Of a DNA stretch of 64,000 nucleotides, positions 60,884 through 64,000 are shown piece after piece. Below the pieces are notes generated by a model. The model was not told the origin of the DNA and did not search any database. It worked only from the letters and a program-made list of their open reading frames with translations. The DNA comes from Candidatus Poribacteria bacterium. GTDB lineage: Bacteria > Poribacteria > WGA-4E > WGA-3G. The stretch's first letter is position 1; every line of letters starts with the position of its first letter. Where the stretch lies: assembly GCA_963667365.1 (NCBI GenBank), contig OY763324.1, positions 3,921,829 to 3,985,828 on the forward strand, read 5' to 3'. A program made the position numbers and the translations under genes.

Positions 60884-62110
60884 TTAGAATGCATTTTTTT
60901 CAAGAATTGCGTGCTTAACAATTGTTCTAATTGGATTTGTGGAATCTAATGCTATCCATTTCTTAGTTGAAGGAATAAGTGCAACAGGTATTTTTTTGTT
61001 ACTTACAGAATTGACATCAGGTGTTCCAGAAGGTCCCCAATTGACATAATTGACAGGTTCTCCACTGTTCCACTGCCATGGTTTACCCTTTATAGGAATA
61101 CTCATACCAATCCAATAGAATAAACTTTCCTTAAAAAGCGATTCAATCCACTTCTGCTCCGCAGCGTCATTGACTTCAACAAGATTGGCATTTTCTGCTT
61201 TTGCTTTTGTTAATGCATCGTCCCAATTTTCACATTCAATTTTCTTATATGCGTGGTGATTATCTGGATTTACGAACCACATTGCTTTCCTTGCTTCTGC
61301 TCTTTTTGTTAGATTTAATCTGTGTTTTTCAAGACCTCTGAGTCTTAGGATAAGATTTTGTTTGCTTTGTCCTCGTTTTAAATGAAACCATCTTGATTTT
61401 GCAGTAATTCCTTGATATTCTACTTTCACAGCGTATTCTGATTCATCCTCAGGTGTGTATGTAGCAAAGAAACCTTCTGCATCAGTCATAACATCTCTTG
61501 ATGTTGCTCCACCACTTCCACCTGAACTTAAGACAAAAAATTTGGTTCTCCTTTTCCTACGTAGTGTTGTTAGATATATTTCTGTATTACTGAGTGGAGA
61601 TCCATCAGATAATAAAACACGTCCACTAATATGCATGGGTGCCTTTTTGACGGTAACCACTACGTTTTCAAGATGTGCACCTGGTTCGATTGAAATAGTT
61701 GGTTTACCAAACCAAGTAGGAGACTGCCTTCGGAAAGCTGTTGAATAAACAGTAATATCATCGAATTTAAGTGATGATATTCCAAATCCGGAACCGAGTT
61801 CAGGATAGACCACTATTCGTGATGAACCCGAATCTATATTTGCAATTGAGAATAGTCCTTCCTTATCAGTTACTGCTTTCTTCCAAATTGAATTTGGTTT
61901 TCTCGGTCCTATCTCCCACCTATCTTTAATTTCAATAGGTTTTACTGCAAGAGTTAAATCTGGAATTGGTTCACCGTCTCTATCTACAACACGACCAGAT
62001 ATGCTTGATAAGTTATTATCTGCAATGCAAATGCAATTGACAGAGAAACTTACCACAACAATTACCAATAAAACGATAATGAATTTGTTTCTGATATGTA
62101 AACGCGGCAT
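60884..62110 (-). CDS. secreted protein: carboxypeptidase-regulatory-like domains plus C-type lectin domain
   Basis: Signal peptide; ISGRVVDRDGEPI..TDKEG; NPDNHHAY..YWIG..WQWNSGEPVNYVNW. Confidence 0.8.
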   Translation of the reverse strand: MPRLHIRNKFIIVLLVIVVVSFSVNCICIADNNLSSISGRVVDRDGEPIPDLTLAVKPIEIKDRWEIGPRKPNSIWKKAVTDKEGLFSIANIDSGSSRIVVYPELGSGFGISSLKFDDITVYSTAFRRQSPTWFGKPTISIEPGAHLENVVVTVKKAPMHISGRVLLSDGSPLSNTEIYLTTLRRKRRTKFFVLSSGGSGGATSRDVMTDAEGFFATYTPEDESEYAVKVEYQGITAKSRWFHLKRGQSKQNLILRLRGLEKHRLNLTKRAEARKAMWFVNPDNHHAYKKIECENWDDALTKAKAENANLVEVNDAAEQKWIESLFKESLFYWIGMSIPIKGKPWQWNSGEPVNYVNWGPSGTPDVNSVSNKKIPVALIPSTKKWIALDSTNPIRTIVKHAILEKNAF

Positions 62111-62208
62111 TGTTTACACCTCCATATAAACCAGTTGAATATACACATTGGTTTGTTGTAATAATATTAGTATCTGGTAAGGAGATTTGCTTCTTATGGA
62201 TTTGAAAA

Positions 62209-62281
62209 AGCGGTTGCATATCGTTTATTTATTGTTGACTTACTTAAGGATAAATCAATTCCTTCCAAATATGCAACCGCT
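62209..62281. repeat. 13-bp perfect inverted repeat, MITE-like remnant
   Basis: AGCGGTTGCATAT (62209-62221) and ATATGCAACCGCT (62269-62281). Confidence 0.55.
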
Positions 62282-62291
62282 CTATTCCAGA

Positions 62292-63680
62292 TTATTCTTC
62301 TGCGAACTGCGGTCTGCCGAGAGCGTCTGTTCTTCCTTGACGTTTGTAATGAGGTAGATGTCCACCTGCATCGGCTAATAAGCGTTCGTGTGCGAGTGCA
62401 ATTCTGTCCGCACCTTTATCTGTAATGTCATTTTGACATGTTGGATCAGCCTCAAGGTCAAAGAGACGTGTACCGTTATTAAGATCAACACTGGAAAAAT
62501 ACCAGTTTTTAGCGTCTTTATACCAAACAGAGTTAACATAGCGACATGTAAGGTATTCACGGGATACGAATCCATCTTTGCCTTCGACCAGTGGAAGGAG
62601 ACTCTGTCCCTGAAGTTCACCTGCAGGTTCGACTTGACTTGCTGCCATGACAGTAGCAGGCACATCAAGTGTATAAACGAATTCCTCACATGTTGTGCCA
62701 GCATTAGCTCCAGAAGGATGTCTAACGAGGAGCGGAATATCCATAGTTCCAGGATACATGAAGTTAGCAGGTTTACCTGTCGCTTTATCAGGATTCTCAG
62801 CGAAGTTGGTTCCGTGGTCACTTAGGAACATAATTAACGTGTTATCACGCATTCCGAGACGATCAATCGTATCTACTAATCTTCCAAACCACGTATCCAC
62901 AAGTGTGACCAATCCAGCATAATTTGCTTTAACACTTGGTAAACGGTTTTCCAGTTCTTCATCTTTGAGTGAACCGTAAGGGAGATTGAGACAGATAGGT
63001 TCACGATCCTCTCTGCTTCCGTATAGATCGTAATAGTGGATTGGTGCTTCCCAAGTTTCGTGTGGTGTGAATCCGTCAACATAAAGGTAGAATGGTGTAT
63101 TGTTGTGATTATGTTCTACAAATTCAATTGCGGACCGGAATAATCTCGCGGTTGGCCAGTTTTCCTCTTCACGTTCAGGTTGAACATTAACAATATGTGA
63201 TTTGACACGGGGTGCATTACCCCGATATCTTGCAACTTGGGAAGGATCAGCGTGTGCACCGCCACGATATCTATCCTCTGCTTGACCTCTCACAAACTGC
63301 CATTGTTGGAAACCACGCGTGAAGTTCATACCCGGTACAAAATAGTGCGGCACATCTGCAAAAAATCCCGTATGATATCCATTTCGGACAAGAGATTCAG
63401 CGATTGCAGGTTCATCAGGAGACATTGGCTGCCAGCCGGGTGTGTATACGTTATCCCACGGTACTGGATTATAAGAACTAATAGGATATACACGTCTACC
63501 AGTATGTAATGTGCGGCGCGTTGGGATTGTTGGTAAGATTTCTGGGTGTGCATTGGTAAATGTTACACCTTCTGAAGCAAACCGTGCCAAATTCGGTGTG
63601 TGAACCCAGTCGTTACCGTACGGACTGAGATATGCTGTACGAAGTGTATCTGAAACTACGACGACGATGTTCCAACTCAT
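62292..63680 (-). CDS. sulfatase/alkaline-phosphatase superfamily hydrolase with Thr at the formylglycine position
   Basis: NIVVVVSDTLR, TPNL, PTIPTRRTLHTG, PHETW and FLSDHG. Confidence 0.85.
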   Translation of the reverse strand: MSWNIVVVVSDTLRTAYLSPYGNDWVHTPNLARFASEGVTFTNAHPEILPTIPTRRTLHTGRRVYPISSYNPVPWDNVYTPGWQPMSPDEPAIAESLVRNGYHTGFFADVPHYFVPGMNFTRGFQQWQFVRGQAEDRYRGGAHADPSQVARYRGNAPRVKSHIVNVQPEREEENWPTARLFRSAIEFVEHNHNNTPFYLYVDGFTPHETWEAPIHYYDLYGSREDREPICLNLPYGSLKDEELENRLPSVKANYAGLVTLVDTWFGRLVDTIDRLGMRDNTLIMFLSDHGTNFAENPDKATGKPANFMYPGTMDIPLLVRHPSGANAGTTCEEFVYTLDVPATVMAASQVEPAGELQGQSLLPLVEGKDGFVSREYLTCRYVNSVWYKDAKNWYFSSVDLNNGTRLFDLEADPTCQNDITDKGADRIALAHERLLADAGGHLPHYKRQGRTDALGRPQFAEE

Positions 63681-63744
63681 GTATTACCTCCAAAAATAAT
63701 TTGTAAATTGTTCACTTAGATTACAACAAAGATGTACTGTTGAA

Positions 63745-64000
63745 TTATACTGTATAGTCAAAAACCAGAACGTCTTCAACGAGTGGACGTATGGAATCAC
63801 CTGCTACTTTTTGGTGAAAAGGATGTGGTAGATAAGCATCTCTCGCTGCTTCATCTGTAAATCTAACTATAAAACCGAAACTATATCCCTGACTCTTGCC
63901 TTCGGGACTGTTGTTAGTGCCAGCAGTAATAGATTCAATACCCGGTATTTCATCAGACATTTTCGATAAGGTTTGAGGTAATGCATCTATTTGTGCAGAT
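63745..64000 (-). CDS. Dabb family stress-responsive A/B barrel protein, 5' end outside the window
   Basis: IPGI..G.NNSPEGKSQGYSFGF..F..ARDAYLPHPFH..VLVFDY. Confidence 0.85.
   Translation of the reverse strand, partial: SAQIDALPQTLSKMSDEIPGIESITAGTNNSPEGKSQGYSFGFIVRFTDEAARDAYLPHPFHQKVAGDSIRPLVEDVLVFDYTV

Overview
AT-rich bacterial chromosomal window with no rRNA, tRNA, CRISPR array or intact transposase that I could recognise. Gene content suggests Candidatus Poribacteria or a similar sponge-associated lineage (inference): three PhyH dioxygenases, Gfo/Idh/MocA oxidoreductases, a sulfatase-fold enzyme, C-type-lectin proteins and a secreted protein ending in V-x-P-x-x-K-x-x-x-T-W-G-x-L-K. Housekeeping blocks are rqcH, a stand-alone groEL, a three-gene mycobacterial Sdh1-like succinate dehydrogenase, rho-rpmE-prfA-prmC, yebC-ruvCAB-queA-yajC and GGGP synthase-grpE-dnaJ-prmA. 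The strongest hidden feature is at 37218-38234. The ORF track splits it into three ORFs, but they share one frame and form a single 338-aa exported two-domain BCP/PrxQ peroxiredoxin. Both peroxidatic positions are TGA codons, each followed by a SECIS-like hairpin, so it is probably a double-selenocysteine peroxiredoxin. Other items of note: two orphan proteins sharing a clamp-motif-like plus Zn-ribbon C-terminal module, MITE-like elements with different ends but the same REP-like palindrome, toxin-antitoxin pseudogenes on both sides of the sdh operon, and several enzymes with altered catalytic residues.
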